DNA of 64,000 nt from a bacterium (GTDB lineage Bacteria > Electryoneota > Electryoneia > Electryoneales > Electryoneaceae): contig CAXXKJ010000002.1 of NCBI GenBank assembly GCA_963675295.2, positions 1,600,001 through 1,664,000 of the forward strand. Direction: 5' to 3'. Of this stretch, positions 21,901-30,933 are shown in pieces; the first letter of the stretch is position 1; each line of letters begins with the position of its first letter. Below the pieces are notes generated by a model. The model made no database searches. It had not been told where the DNA came from and saw only the letters and a list, made by a program, of their open reading frames with translations. Position numbers and translations under genes: made by a program.

Positions 21901-23350
21901 GGACGTGAAGGCGAAAATCCAGTATGTCAACCCGACGTTCGAGCAACACACGGGGTATGCGCGTGCCGAGGTGATGGGCAAGAATCCCAGAATCCTGAAG
22001 AGTGGGAAGCAGGATCTGGCATTTTATCAGGAGATGTGGGCAACGATCCGTAGCGGGAAGACGTGGACCGGGCAGATGGTCAACAAGCGGAAGAACGGTG
22101 AGTTGTACACCGAAGAAGCGACCATATCGCCGGTGTTTGACCATGATGGAAACATCACCAACTTTGTCGCAGCAAAGCGGGACATTACCAAGGAACTCAC
22201 CCTGCAACAGCAATTCCGGCAAGCGCAGAAGATGGAATCGGTCGGTCGGCTGGCCGGTGGTGTGGCTCACGACTTCAATAACATGTTGTCGGTGATCCTC
22301 GGAACGGTTGAACTGGCTCAGCTAGACCTGGATCCAGAGCATTCCGTGTACAACGATCTCGTGGAGATTGAAGAGGCGGCGCGTCGTTCCTCCGACCTGA
22401 CGCGCCAGTTGTTGGCATTCGCTCGGAAGCAGACCGTCGACCCGAAGGTTCTGGACCTGAACAAGTCGGTGGAAGCGATGCTGAAGATGTTGCAGCGTTT
22501 GATGGGTGAGGACATCAGCCTTGCCTGGAAGCCAGCAGATAAGCTGAGCCCGGTGTTTCTGGATCCTGCACAGCTGGACCAGATTCTGGCGAACATGTGC
22601 GTCAACGCGCGTGATGCGATCACCGGTGTCGGGACTGTTGAAATCCAGACCGAAGATGTGATTCTTGACGAGGAGTATTGCGCACAAAAAGCCGGTTTCA
22701 AGCCTGGTAATTATGTGCTGCTGGCGGTGAGTGATAACGGGTCCGGTATGGAGAAGGAAGTCGCCGACCACATTTTCGAGCCGTTCTTCACCACCAAGGC
22801 GAAGGGGAAGGGCACCGGGCTTGGCCTCTCGACCGTGTACGGTATCATCAAGCAGAACAATGGCATGATCGACGTCTACAGCGAGCTGGATGTCGGGACT
22901 ACATTCAAGATGTACTTCCCGGCCTTCCAGGGTGAAACGGAATCGGTCAATGAAGAACAGCTGGAATCCGCTCCGCACGGCAACGGAGAGACAGTGATGG
23001 TGGTCGAGGACGAAAAGTCTCTGTTGGCCATCACCGAACGGATGCTGACTGGCTTGGATTATGTCGTGATCACCGAATCTTCCTCGACACGCGCGCTTGA
23101 AACGCTCCGCTCCTCGGGTGAGATGCTCGATCTGCTGGTGACCGATGTTGTGATGCCGGAAATGAACGGGCGCGAGCTGGAAGAACAGATCCGCAAAGAG
23201 TTTCCGCAAGCAAAAACCCTGTTCATGTCAGGGTATACTGCGGATGTGATTGCGAAGCAGGGCGTGTTGCAGAAAGGGGTGAACTTTATCACGAAACCGT
23301 TCACGTTGCACAATCTCGCCAGGGCGGTTCGCAAGGCGTTGGAGTCATAA
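18920..23350 (+). CDS. Membrane-bound hybrid sensor histidine kinase (Cache-like periplasmic domain, six PAS domains, HisKA, HATPase, REC)
   Basis: Two TM helices, six PAS/PAC repeats, H-box AGGVAHDFNN, N-box NARDA, G-boxes DNGSGM and GTGLGL, C-terminal REC (VVEDE, TDVVMP, KPF). Confidence 0.95.
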   Translation: MSANGVSNEEKKSSYLILFVAISIVVLVAGYFTYDHQLNQLYDERYGDLKVIGELKVDQIKKWRSERLGDARLTAESPLFREAVIEWIQNPEDFDKRSELRQRLTLVKDSYQYDDALILTPDGRVLLSALQDPDPVDDETNKSIALAIETGSPVISQLYICPHNAVHADVLAPIVNDDNQTVAVISLHSNAEEFLYPLIQNWPTSSKTAETLLIRRDGDEVLFLNGLRHQPEAGLMLRIPITQTSLPAVAAVEGHEGMFIGEDYRDEEVVADLRAIPGSDWFIVSKWDTAEIRAEVADRVLLQVLVMILLISISGAGFLVIYRQQQASVYQQLLLAERSNAEALSKFEATLTSIGDGVIVTDAHGAVTFLNPVAEQLTGFELSEATGRSIGEVLQIINEFTRDPVESPAEIVIREGRVVGLANHSLLVSKDGRELPIADSGAPILDSKGDVVGVVMVFRDQSESRAAEQALKESERQLRTLFETAPVGIFETDSEGRVRSVNREMASILGFTSIEDVYDYYSDLGKQLYVSEERRTQFIDILKQYGSVVDFEYEAVKHDGTRTWLSMNARISKKNEDGTFLIQGFTTDITSRIKMRDALFESEALLRNVLNTIPDLVWLKDVDGVYLACNPTFERFFGATESEIRGKTDYDFVEKELADFFRENDNNAIAAGEPTLNEETLTFTDTGESYLFETVKTPMTNRNGDVLGVLGIARNVSERQEAIEALRASENRLHRAFENIPDVLVIYGPDLRIRYINESIVRLTGRAQEEFIGKREEEVWPPGVYQHYLPTMEKAVETCAQQTVESTVDIPGRGTSQFSSTYIPILNDTGEIQEVLGITQDLTESRRAEQALRESEELYRNLMEAAPIGVAVHSEGKVVFVNKAGLKIMRAESEDEIIGKSITEIVYPTHLDEALDRVRRMMEGEEGLYPVQDMYRRMDGSPVPVEVMASRLNYKGKPAIQVLASDITDRKAAEAERELLVTAINQSAESIVITDVKAKIQYVNPTFEQHTGYARAEVMGKNPRILKSGKQDLAFYQEMWATIRSGKTWTGQMVNKRKNGELYTEEATISPVFDHDGNITNFVAAKRDITKELTLQQQFRQAQKMESVGRLAGGVAHDFNNMLSVILGTVELAQLDLDPEHSVYNDLVEIEEAARRSSDLTRQLLAFARKQTVDPKVLDLNKSVEAMLKMLQRLMGEDISLAWKPADKLSPVFLDPAQLDQILANMCVNARDAITGVGTVEIQTEDVILDEEYCAQKAGFKPGNYVLLAVSDNGSGMEKEVADHIFEPFFTTKAKGKGTGLGLSTVYGIIKQNNGMIDVYSELDVGTTFKMYFPAFQGETESVNEEQLESAPHGNGETVMVVEDEKSLLAITERMLTGLDYVVITESSSTRALETLRSSGEMLDLLVTDVVMPEMNGRELEEQIRKEFPQAKTLFMSGYTADVIAKQGVLQKGVNFITKPFTLHNLARAVRKALES

Positions 23351-23379
23351 GACCGCTCCGCAGATAAAGGTTCTGGTCA

Positions 23380-23411
23380 AATCCCTGCAACCCACTGTGG
23401 TTGCGGGGATT
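23380..23411 (+). terminator. Hairpin terminator after the hybrid kinase
   Basis: AATCCCTGCAACC-cactgt-GGTTGCGGGGATT. Confidence 0.6.
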
Positions 23412-23583
23412 ATGCATGTTATCAGCCACCCTTTAACTATTGAAGTTCAGGTTGTCTGGAGGCCGATATCCCTGTGATTGAGTCCGGGGACTCGCATTCG
23501 CCCCTGAAACCGTTTAGGTTAAAAGTGGGGCGGTTGTACACAGGTGCACAAATTCAGCGCACGGATGAACGTTGGAGGCGTTT

Positions 23584-26151
23584 ATGTCTGCACGGTTCAT
23601 GTGGCTGTTGTGCGCTTGTTTGTTTCTTGCCCATCTGCCTGCCGCAAATGCCCAACCTGTTCCCGTGGAAGATGATTTCGATGCGACGGTGCGTTCATTC
23701 GACGCGTACTGGTCGTCGCACGAGATGCACAAGGGGAACGGGTACAAGCCATTCAAACGCATCCAGTCGTTCACCGAGATTCGTGAGGACCAGTACGGCG
23801 AGTACAACCCCTGGGCGATCCGGGAGGCGTGGCTGGAACGTGCCGCGATGAACACCCCGCACGAGCTGGACAACGACTCCGACTGGACCCCGATGGGACC
23901 GTTCCAGCCGTTCATGGGCAGCTATGTCGGTGGGGTCGGACGTGTCAACGCAATCGCCTTCCATCCCACCAATCCGGATGTTTACTACGTCGGCGCGGCC
24001 ACCGGCGGGCTGTGGAAAACGGTTGACGGCGGCGACAGCTGGTTCCCGTTGACCGACAACATCCCGGTGATGGGAATCTCGGATGTTGTCGTGCATCCAG
24101 AGCATCCGGACACATTGTTTATCGCGACCGGTGACCGTGACGGTGCCCGGCGCAGGATTCCCACCTACACCGTTGGCGTGCTGATGTCGCCGGACGGCGG
24201 CGAAACATGGATCGAGACCGGCCTGAACTACGAACTGTCCGAGCAGAATGTCGTTACCGGGCTCGCGTCGCACCCGGACTATCCGGAGATGCTGCTGGCG
24301 ATCACGCTGGAGGGGATCTGGCGATCTGTGGACGCTGGCGACACCTGGACGCAGACCAAAGATTCCGGTCTGTTTTACGATATCGAAGTCAATCCGGACA
24401 ACCCGTTGGTCGTCTACGCTGCCGCTGCGGAAGAGGGGATTTACCGTTCGACGGACGGCGGGCAAACGTGGCTGTGGATGACCAACGGTGTTCCGTTGAC
24501 CGGGTTCAGCCGGATCGAGCTGGCGATTGCGCCGTCCAACCCGGACGTTGTCTACGCCCTGTTCGCGGACACGATTGCACCCTTCTACACCGGCTTCCTC
24601 GGGATCTGGCGGACGACGGATGGTGGCGATTCGTGGACCCTGCAGGCTGATTCGCCAAACATCCTCGGCTGGGATATCAACGACAACGGGACTGGTGGAC
24701 AGGGCTGGTTCGCGTTGGCGATGGCCGTTGATCCGACCGATGCGGACGTCATCTGGACGGGATCGGTCAACATCTGGCGTTCCACCAACGGCGGTGTTGA
24801 CTGGGAAACGGTGACCTACTGGATCCCGGGCGAGGGCCTGCCGTACATCCACGCTGACATCCACATCCTCAAGTATCGCGGGACGACGTTATACAGCGGC
24901 AACGACGGCGGAATTTACGAGTATAACGCCGGCCAGAACGAGTGGTTCGACCAGAGCAACATGCTGGCGATCACGCAGGTCTACCGGCTCGGCTGCGATC
25001 ACCGTGCTGCGGAATTGGACCTGATGATCACCGGCACGCAGGATAACGGTTCGAAGCAGTATGACGCGGGAACGTGGACACCGGTGCTCGGTGGAGACGG
25101 TTTCGACGGCGGAATCGATCCGGCGAACAACCAGATTCGGTACGGATCGATTTACTACGGCGATTTCCGCCGCACGACGGACGGCGGCGAGAGCTGGTTC
25201 GAGATGAACTTCGGAATCCAGGACCAGGGCGCGTGGATTACGCCGTTCGTGATTGACTCCACCGTCACCGGGCGGTTGTTCCGTGGCCACAAACGTGTCT
25301 ACCGCAGCTACAACTGGGGCGAGTTGTGGCACGGCACGGCGAACATGATGACCAACGACTTCATTCGCGGGCTGGCGGTGGCACCGTCCGATACAGGGCG
25401 CGTCTACGCCTGCGACTGGCAGTACAACTTCTGGCGCTCGGAGGACGGCGGTCAGAGCTTCACGACGAGCTTTTTCCCGGGGATGAAACCGACGTATATC
25501 GCGGTCTCGCCGTTGGATCCGGACCGGGTGTATGTCAGCAACGGTCTCTTCCTCGATGGGGAGAAGGTGTATCTCAGTGAGGACGGTGGGGATTCGTGGA
25601 CGAACATCTCGCATGACCTGCCGAACATCCCGTTCAACTGCATCGTGGTGGATACCGACCGCCCGTCACACCTCTACGCCGGGTCGGACCTCGGTGTGTA
25701 CTTCAGCCCGGATGATGGCGCGACGTGGGAACTGTTCAACAACGGTCTTCCGAACGTGATCATCAACGAGATGGAGATCCACCGTAATTCGGGGACATTG
25801 GTCGCGGGGACATTTGGCCGTGGCAGCTGGCGGACACCGGTCGAGGGGGCTGGGTCCGCAGTGGCGGAGGTGACGGTGCAGCCGTCCGGGTGGAACGTGT
25901 CGGCGTTGTACCCGAACCCGTTCAACATGTCCGCCGTGGCGCAGGTGAATGTTCTACGAACGAGCCGGCTGACGGCCGGTCTGTACAACATGCTCGGGCA
26001 ACAGGTCCGTACGCTGCACGATGGGCAGGTGCCGCCGGGCGTGTTCACCGTGCATGTGGTGGCGGACGGTCTGGCCAGCGGAGTGTATGTCCTTCAGACA
26101 ACCATACCGGGGCAGCTGGACAATCAGCAACGAGTGATACTACTGCGATAG
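23584..26151 (+). CDS. Secreted BNR/Asp-box (VPS10/YCF48-like) repeat protein with T9SS-like CTD
   Basis: Signal peptide; many SxDGGxTW Asp-boxes; GTQDNG, GTFGRG; LYPNPFN...LASGVY...RVILLR. Confidence 0.9.
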   Translation: MSARFMWLLCACLFLAHLPAANAQPVPVEDDFDATVRSFDAYWSSHEMHKGNGYKPFKRIQSFTEIREDQYGEYNPWAIREAWLERAAMNTPHELDNDSDWTPMGPFQPFMGSYVGGVGRVNAIAFHPTNPDVYYVGAATGGLWKTVDGGDSWFPLTDNIPVMGISDVVVHPEHPDTLFIATGDRDGARRRIPTYTVGVLMSPDGGETWIETGLNYELSEQNVVTGLASHPDYPEMLLAITLEGIWRSVDAGDTWTQTKDSGLFYDIEVNPDNPLVVYAAAAEEGIYRSTDGGQTWLWMTNGVPLTGFSRIELAIAPSNPDVVYALFADTIAPFYTGFLGIWRTTDGGDSWTLQADSPNILGWDINDNGTGGQGWFALAMAVDPTDADVIWTGSVNIWRSTNGGVDWETVTYWIPGEGLPYIHADIHILKYRGTTLYSGNDGGIYEYNAGQNEWFDQSNMLAITQVYRLGCDHRAAELDLMITGTQDNGSKQYDAGTWTPVLGGDGFDGGIDPANNQIRYGSIYYGDFRRTTDGGESWFEMNFGIQDQGAWITPFVIDSTVTGRLFRGHKRVYRSYNWGELWHGTANMMTNDFIRGLAVAPSDTGRVYACDWQYNFWRSEDGGQSFTTSFFPGMKPTYIAVSPLDPDRVYVSNGLFLDGEKVYLSEDGGDSWTNISHDLPNIPFNCIVVDTDRPSHLYAGSDLGVYFSPDDGATWELFNNGLPNVIINEMEIHRNSGTLVAGTFGRGSWRTPVEGAGSAVAEVTVQPSGWNVSALYPNPFNMSAVAQVNVLRTSRLTAGLYNMLGQQVRTLHDGQVPPGVFTVHVVADGLASGVYVLQTTIPGQLDNQQRVILLR

Positions 26152-26227
26152 AAGCGCGGTAGGGTGCATGTGGGATGGTTGTTGGGGTGACCCGGTCTGT
26201 GGTGGCAGCAGGCCGGGTTTCAATGTT

Positions 26228-26276
26228 GTTGCGGTCTGTGGACTGCGGGCGACGGGCTACGAGTTGCGGGCGGTAG
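26228..26276 (+). repeat. Degenerate heptamer array (GTTGCGG-type)
   Basis: gttgcgg tctgtgg actgcgg gcgacgg gctacga gttgcgg gcggtag. Confidence 0.6.
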
Positions 26277-26390
26277 GTGATCCCGACCAACACGTTGGCC
26301 GGGGCAAACGAACGCAACCCGTCGCGGACTGTGGACGAATCGCGGATTGTGGACGAAAGCCTATCGCAACCTCATCGCATGTGGTTGTTT

Positions 26391-26489
26391 GTGTGTCATG
26401 CTGAACGGAACGAAGAGAAGTGAAGCATCTCCAGATTCGTAAACGTTAGTGTAAGCCGGAGATCCTTCACTTCGTTCAGGATGACACAC
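26391..26489. repeat. REP/REPIN-like long hairpin element
   Basis: GTGTGTCATGCTGAACG...CGTTCAGGATGACACAC outer IR, GAAGTGAAGCATCTCC...GGAGATCCTTCACTTC inner IR; same family as 6747-6857. Confidence 0.8.
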
Positions 26490-26572
26490 TTGTGTCTTCT
26501 ATTCCTGTCAGACTATATCTTTTACTTCTTTACTGTCTTTGCCTGTTTTTATCTGTCTTTTACTTCCTTCGA
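26490..26572 (+). repeat. Pyrimidine-rich degenerate ~9-mer array
   Basis: atcttttac ttctttact gtctttgcc tgtttttat ctgtctttt acttccttc; resembles 6930-7030. Confidence 0.6.
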
Positions 26573-26573
26573 G

Positions 26574-27872
26574 TCACTTCATCAGCATCATCTTCTGCAT
26601 GTCGGACGCGACGCCGGGCACATCCAGCCGCACAAAGTACACGCCGCTGGACAGCGCGGACCCATCGAACGTGAACGTGTGGTGTCCGGCGTACTGATGT
26701 CCCTGCGCGAGGGTCGCGACCTGCTGGCCGAGGGTGTTGAGCACGGTAAGGTTCAGTTCGGCGGCCTCCGGCAGTGTGACGCCAACCGTGGTCACCGGGT
26801 TGAACGGGTTCGGGTAGACAGCTTCGATGCGATACTCGGACGGTACGGTTGCGAGAGTTTCCCCGTCAGTGTCAGCCGTCCAGTTCCAGCCGTTGCTGCT
26901 CCAGTTGTCCACGGTTGCACTGCCGGTGGGCGCGGCTAGCTTCTCGAAGGTGAATTCGTCCGAGTCGATCACGGTGTCCGGCCAGGTGCCGACGCACGCC
27001 CGGAAGGTGTAGGTCCCGGCGAAGATCATCCACGGAACGTTTTGCGCCAGGTTCAACGACACCGAGTGTCCGGCGGGGAAGACGCGGTTGGGGTACATGT
27101 CGACCGGGCCGTAGGTGTTGCCGTTCGGGCCGACCGCTTCGGTCCACGCGTCAAACGTGACCGGGTCGGCGCTGGTGTTTTCGACGACGGCGTTGTACGC
27201 GAATGAACCGCCGCTGGCCGGGATCTGGATCGGGGTGTTGTACGGGCTCAACGTGATGGTCGGAGCCTGCACGCCCTCGAGCACATCCACCCGGAACGCG
27301 CTGGCGGTTTCAGCGCTTGGAACCAGCCAGTCTTCCGCTTCACGGCGCATGGTGTGGAGGCAAGGCAGGCCTGGATCAATGTTCATGCACCAGCCTGTCC
27401 ACGTAGTGTCGGATGCAACCGCCCACAGCCAATAATGGTCGCCGGCGTTCAGCACAGTGTTGCCGTTGCCTTCCAGGTGAATCGGCGGATTCCACTGCGA
27501 CCACGACTCGAAGTCGGTGAGTATCCATTCCTCCAGGACATCATCCTCAACCGGCGGAATCAGGTTTGGATTGCGGGCGATCTTAAATGTGACCGTGTCC
27601 GGATAAGCTGAGATCGGAACATACCAGAACGCTACCCAGATGTCAGACAGTGTTCCGGAAACGTCGCACTGGAACGACATCGCCTGTTCCACGCCGTACT
27701 GCTGGATGACATCTTCGCCGGCGACGGTCCAGCCGAGGCCCCAGTTGTAGTCCCAGCCGTCATGGTCCGGGCCGAAGTTGTTGTAGACCGTGGTCTGGCC
27801 GAACGCAAGCCCGGCGACCAGGATGACAGACAGTGCGGTCAGAATGAGTGTGCGGAGCGTTGCCTTCAACAC
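26574..27872 (-). CDS. Secreted protein with choice-of-anchor-R-like N-terminal domain, shared beta-rich domain and T9SS-like CTD
   Basis: GGGGGA RBS and GTG start; signal peptide; TVYNNFGP...QAMSF...LNAGDHYWL; IPASGGSFAY...YGP...GTYTF; VYPNPFN...KMMLMK. Confidence 0.8.
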   Translation of the reverse strand: MLKATLRTLILTALSVILVAGLAFGQTTVYNNFGPDHDGWDYNWGLGWTVAGEDVIQQYGVEQAMSFQCDVSGTLSDIWVAFWYVPISAYPDTVTFKIARNPNLIPPVEDDVLEEWILTDFESWSQWNPPIHLEGNGNTVLNAGDHYWLWAVASDTTWTGWCMNIDPGLPCLHTMRREAEDWLVPSAETASAFRVDVLEGVQAPTITLSPYNTPIQIPASGGSFAYNAVVENTSADPVTFDAWTEAVGPNGNTYGPVDMYPNRVFPAGHSVSLNLAQNVPWMIFAGTYTFRACVGTWPDTVIDSDEFTFEKLAAPTGSATVDNWSSNGWNWTADTDGETLATVPSEYRIEAVYPNPFNPVTTVGVTLPEAAELNLTVLNTLGQQVATLAQGHQYAGHHTFTFDGSALSSGVYFVRLDVPGVASDMQKMMLMK

Positions 27873-28092
27873 GATACATCCCCCCTGATGTTTTGTCGCG
27901 TGGTGGTTGGCAGTGTACGGAAGATAGGGACAGGGAATAGGATGTTCCTGCTTGTGCACGGTTTGATGCCAGATTCACACCGTCCTCACGGAGCAGCATG
28001 TCCCAGCGCTGGCTCAGCCTGCGGGTCACGCCCGGCGGCGTGTCCTACCTGATTGAAAACGCGCTGGTATTCCCCGTGCTGGACCGCGTGCA

Positions 28093-28788
28093 TCATGCCT
28101 TCATTTCCACTTTCAGTGCCGAGTTTGCTTCACGGGTCCAGCTGGCGATTGCATCCCAATCCCGGTAATCGCCTTCGCTTACACGGACAACCGCGAAGAA
28201 GGAGTGCGCCAGCAGGCTGCCAAACATCGACATCTTGCTGTAGTCCAACGCACCGGCGAAACGGCCGATCTGGTTCGCGCTGACGTGTGGAAACAGTTCG
28301 GCGATCTTGTCGGCGTACCCGGCGGCGGTGTTCCGGCCACGGTCATCATTCTTCGCCAGCGTCAAGCATGTGAAGAAACAGGCAACTGGTTTGGTCGTCA
28401 AGACATCGAGGTTCTCTTCCACGAAGTCCCGCGCGTCGCCTGTCCAATTGTCGTAGTGGATCGGCGCTCCGAGTACGTATCCGTCATAGTCCTCCAGCGA
28501 TTTCACGTTGTCCATGTTCTGCAGGTCCAGGAGATGCCCGCGTTCGGCGAGCGACTTTGCCATGAATTCGGCGACACCGGCGGTCGAACCATGGCTGCTT
28601 GCATAGGTGACCAGAATCCGGCGGCCGGTGGGCACGTCCGGCTCGAAGGTTCCCTCGGGGAATTGAATCGACTTCGCTTGCGCGGTCGCGGGACTCAGGA
28701 TCATTTGTGCGGGAGTCGCCAACGCCGCAGCAGCCGCTGTGGCTTTCACACTGGTTGACAGGAACTTCCTTCGAGTCTGTGCTTGCAT
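28093..28788 (-). CDS. Flavodoxin-domain protein (HemG/Flavodoxin_5-like) with twin-arginine signal
   Basis: TRRKFL Tat motif plus Ala-rich h-region and AQA; ILVTYASSHGST FMN loop, LGAPIH, FAGALD, GDYRDWDAI. Confidence 0.85.
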   Translation of the reverse strand: MQAQTRRKFLSTSVKATAAAAALATPAQMILSPATAQAKSIQFPEGTFEPDVPTGRRILVTYASSHGSTAGVAEFMAKSLAERGHLLDLQNMDNVKSLEDYDGYVLGAPIHYDNWTGDARDFVEENLDVLTTKPVACFFTCLTLAKNDDRGRNTAAGYADKIAELFPHVSANQIGRFAGALDYSKMSMFGSLLAHSFFAVVRVSEGDYRDWDAIASWTREANSALKVEMKA

Positions 28789-28831
28789 GATGATATCCTC
28801 ATTCTGCTCTTAGTCGAATCGGGATGTCGAC

Positions 28832-28888
28832 TTGACACCGTGTCAATTGACATGGCGTCAAGATAGCAGTAGCTTTACACCATGTCAA
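28832..28888. promoter_or_regulatory. Three TetR operator palindromes (TTGACA-N3-TGTCAA) and the leaderless tetR promoter
   Basis: TTGACACCGTGTCAA (28832-46), TTGACATGGCGTCAA (28847-61), TTTACACCATGTCAA (28874-88); TTGACA-17-TAGCTT-6-ATG. Confidence 0.85.
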
Positions 28889-29481
28889 GTGAACCATCGA
28901 ACACACACGAGCGCATCCTCACCGCCACCTGGCATCTGATGGAAGAACGGACGGGGAACGGCGTTCATATGGCGGATATCGCGAAACGTGCCGGGATATC
29001 CCGTCAGGCTCTCTACCTGCATTTCGAGTCCCGGGTGGACCTGCTGGTGGAGACGGTGATCTACGTCGACGTGCAGAATGGCCTCGACGATCGGATGATG
29101 CGAGTGGAGGAGGCCGAGTCTGCGGTCGCGAAGCTCGAGGCCCTGGTGGATGTGTGGGGCAACTACATCCCGGAGATCTACGGCCTGGCTCGTGCGTTGC
29201 TGAACGCGGACCCCGCGGATGAAGCCTCACGGACGGCGTACAACGACCGCATGGCGTGTCTCTGGCAGGCGTGCGAGGATCTGATGATGGTGCTGGCCGC
29301 GGAAGATCAGCTCGCGGACGGGTGGACGGTTCAGTCCGCGGCGGAACTGATGCGTGTGCTGCTGGCGATCCAGACGTGGGAACAACTGACGGTCGATCAA
29401 GGCTGGACAACCGCGCAGTATGTGGAACATGTCACCACGCTGATGCTGCGGACGTTTGTGAAGGACACGCAGGAGGTGTGA
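28882..29481 (+). CDS. TetR/AcrR family transcriptional regulator
   Basis: N-terminal HTH MADIAKRAGISRQALYLHFESRVDL; divergent from the flavodoxin gene. Confidence 0.95.
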   Translation: MSSEPSNTHERILTATWHLMEERTGNGVHMADIAKRAGISRQALYLHFESRVDLLVETVIYVDVQNGLDDRMMRVEEAESAVAKLEALVDVWGNYIPEIYGLARALLNADPADEASRTAYNDRMACLWQACEDLMMVLAAEDQLADGWTVQSAAELMRVLLAIQTWEQLTVDQGWTTAQYVEHVTTLMLRTFVKDTQEV

Positions 29482-29642
29482 CGACGCCGGATGATTTTGC
29501 GCAACTGGCTCAGCCTGCCGATCACCGCCGACGGCCTGTCCTGCCTGTCGACCATGCGCTGGTGTTTAACGCGCCGGATGTCCATGAGCCCTTGGCACTG
29601 TGGTTCGTGGTAAAGGGCGTGGATGTAGTTTCTATGGAATGA
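29478..29642 (+). pseudogene. Possible remnant of a DUF4386-like membrane protein gene
   Basis: GTGA-coupled short frame ending ...FNAPDVHEPLALWFVVKGV, resembling the C-terminal E..lalWlivKG motif of DUF4386 proteins. Confidence 0.25.
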
Positions 29643-29749
29643 CAAAAATGAAATTCGGTATTTCACAATGTTGGGTCAGGTACAACCATGGACAGACGTC
29701 CTAAGCATCCGTGGCGCTGACAACAGGTGTATCGGCAGCGCTAACGATA

Positions 29750-30220
29750 CTAGACTTCTACAATGTACTTCATATGTAGAAATTTTAGATTTGATAATGT
29801 AACAAAATTTACGGTTAAAGAATCATCATCGGTAAATATTTTTAATCCTAAGGGGCGGAGGTCTATATGATCAATAACCAATCTATCTTTACTCGATTGA
29901 CGTACATCTAACACTAGGACACCCTCGTCAGAACTTTTAGCATGGATTCTAACTCTTCTCTTAAAAATATCTTTTTGTATCTCTAATTTGTATCCTGATA
30001 TGCTTTCGTAGTTAATATTGCTAGAAGATATTATATCCTCCCAGCCAGAAATCTGTGTTCTAATCCATACTTGAGGAACGGAGCCCTTTCCGATAATTAA
30101 AGGGAGTTTCTTCTCAACTGAAAACAAAAACAACACGTGATCAGTTTCTATGCTCGCAACATTAATATATTCATAAGGCTTGTAGCCTACTGGAATCTCT
30201 TTTTTCTTTAGTTTAATCAT
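29750..30220 (-). CDS. AT-rich hypothetical protein (beta-rich, PLIIGKG / IDLRPLGL motifs)
   Basis: About 156 stop-free codons in very AT-rich DNA; start overlaps the upstream gene end (alternative starts at 30226 and 30235). Confidence 0.7.
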   Translation of the reverse strand: MIKLKKKEIPVGYKPYEYINVASIETDHVLFLFSVEKKLPLIIGKGSVPQVWIRTQISGWEDIISSSNINYESISGYKLEIQKDIFKRRVRIHAKSSDEGVLVLDVRQSSKDRLVIDHIDLRPLGLKIFTDDDSLTVNFVTLSNLKFLHMKYIVEV

Positions 30221-30641
30221 TATCATCACCATCAATAATCATGGAAATCGTTTTTTGTTCTTTAAAATAGTAATCAATTAACTTAATTACTTTTCTTCTT
30301 TTTGTAGGAATAAATTTTAAAGTGAATGTCAATATAACAAATGCAAAATGGAATAATATTGCCCAAAAATCATTAATATAAATTGTATTCGCCTGATTTA
30401 ATGTAAATGTGCCTGTTTTCAAAAATATAGTAAAAACGTTTGATAAATTCGCAATTGAAACGACTACGAAGCTTATTAGCATGGGCCAAAATACGTCAAT
30501 ATCAAGAATGTTTGTATGTGATAGATGATAGAATTTCATTTCATCAAGAAGATAGGGCCTGTTTCCTAAGTAAATTCCTGACCTCTCAATTTTGAGAGGC
30601 TTGTCTAGTGTTTTATCCTGTATAATCCGAATGTTACTCAT
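30213..30641 (-). CDS. AT-rich hypothetical 2-TM membrane protein
   Basis: 142 aa with two hydrophobic segments and a basic C-terminal helix; GAAGGAAGG upstream. Confidence 0.7.
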   Translation of the reverse strand: MSNIRIIQDKTLDKPLKIERSGIYLGNRPYLLDEMKFYHLSHTNILDIDVFWPMLISFVVVSIANLSNVFTIFLKTGTFTLNQANTIYINDFWAILFHFAFVILTFTLKFIPTKRRKVIKLIDYYFKEQKTISMIIDGDDND

Positions 30642-30933
30642 ATGTCAGCATCGCCTTCCTTCAGGAGACCAAAACAAGTCAAAGAAAAAGCACGTCCGAT
30701 CCAACTATGGATTAAGATTTATTATACTATCTACATTGAACTCATGCGATCAAGCTAATATCTAATAATTTCAGAATGTAATTTCAAGAATTACCAAATG
30801 AATAATAACAACTTTTGGCAGATATTTCAACTCTGATAACGTTTGCTCCTCGCGTGAATTCGACAGCAAGGTCAGCGCTTCGCAGGTTGACCAGTAATCC
30901 GAACGGATCGTGAATGATAGTAGAATATACCAC

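Noticed and set aside
26481-26939. 152-aa plus-strand ORF with hydrophobic start
   Set aside because: The hydrophobic part is the T-rich repeat array and the remainder is antisense to the CTD gene.
29690-30900. Integron cassettes / attC sites around the AT-rich genes
   Set aside because: GCGCTAAC and GATAACGTT resemble core sites, but I could not build a properly oriented RYYYAAC...GTTRRRY hairpin, and no integron integrase is present.
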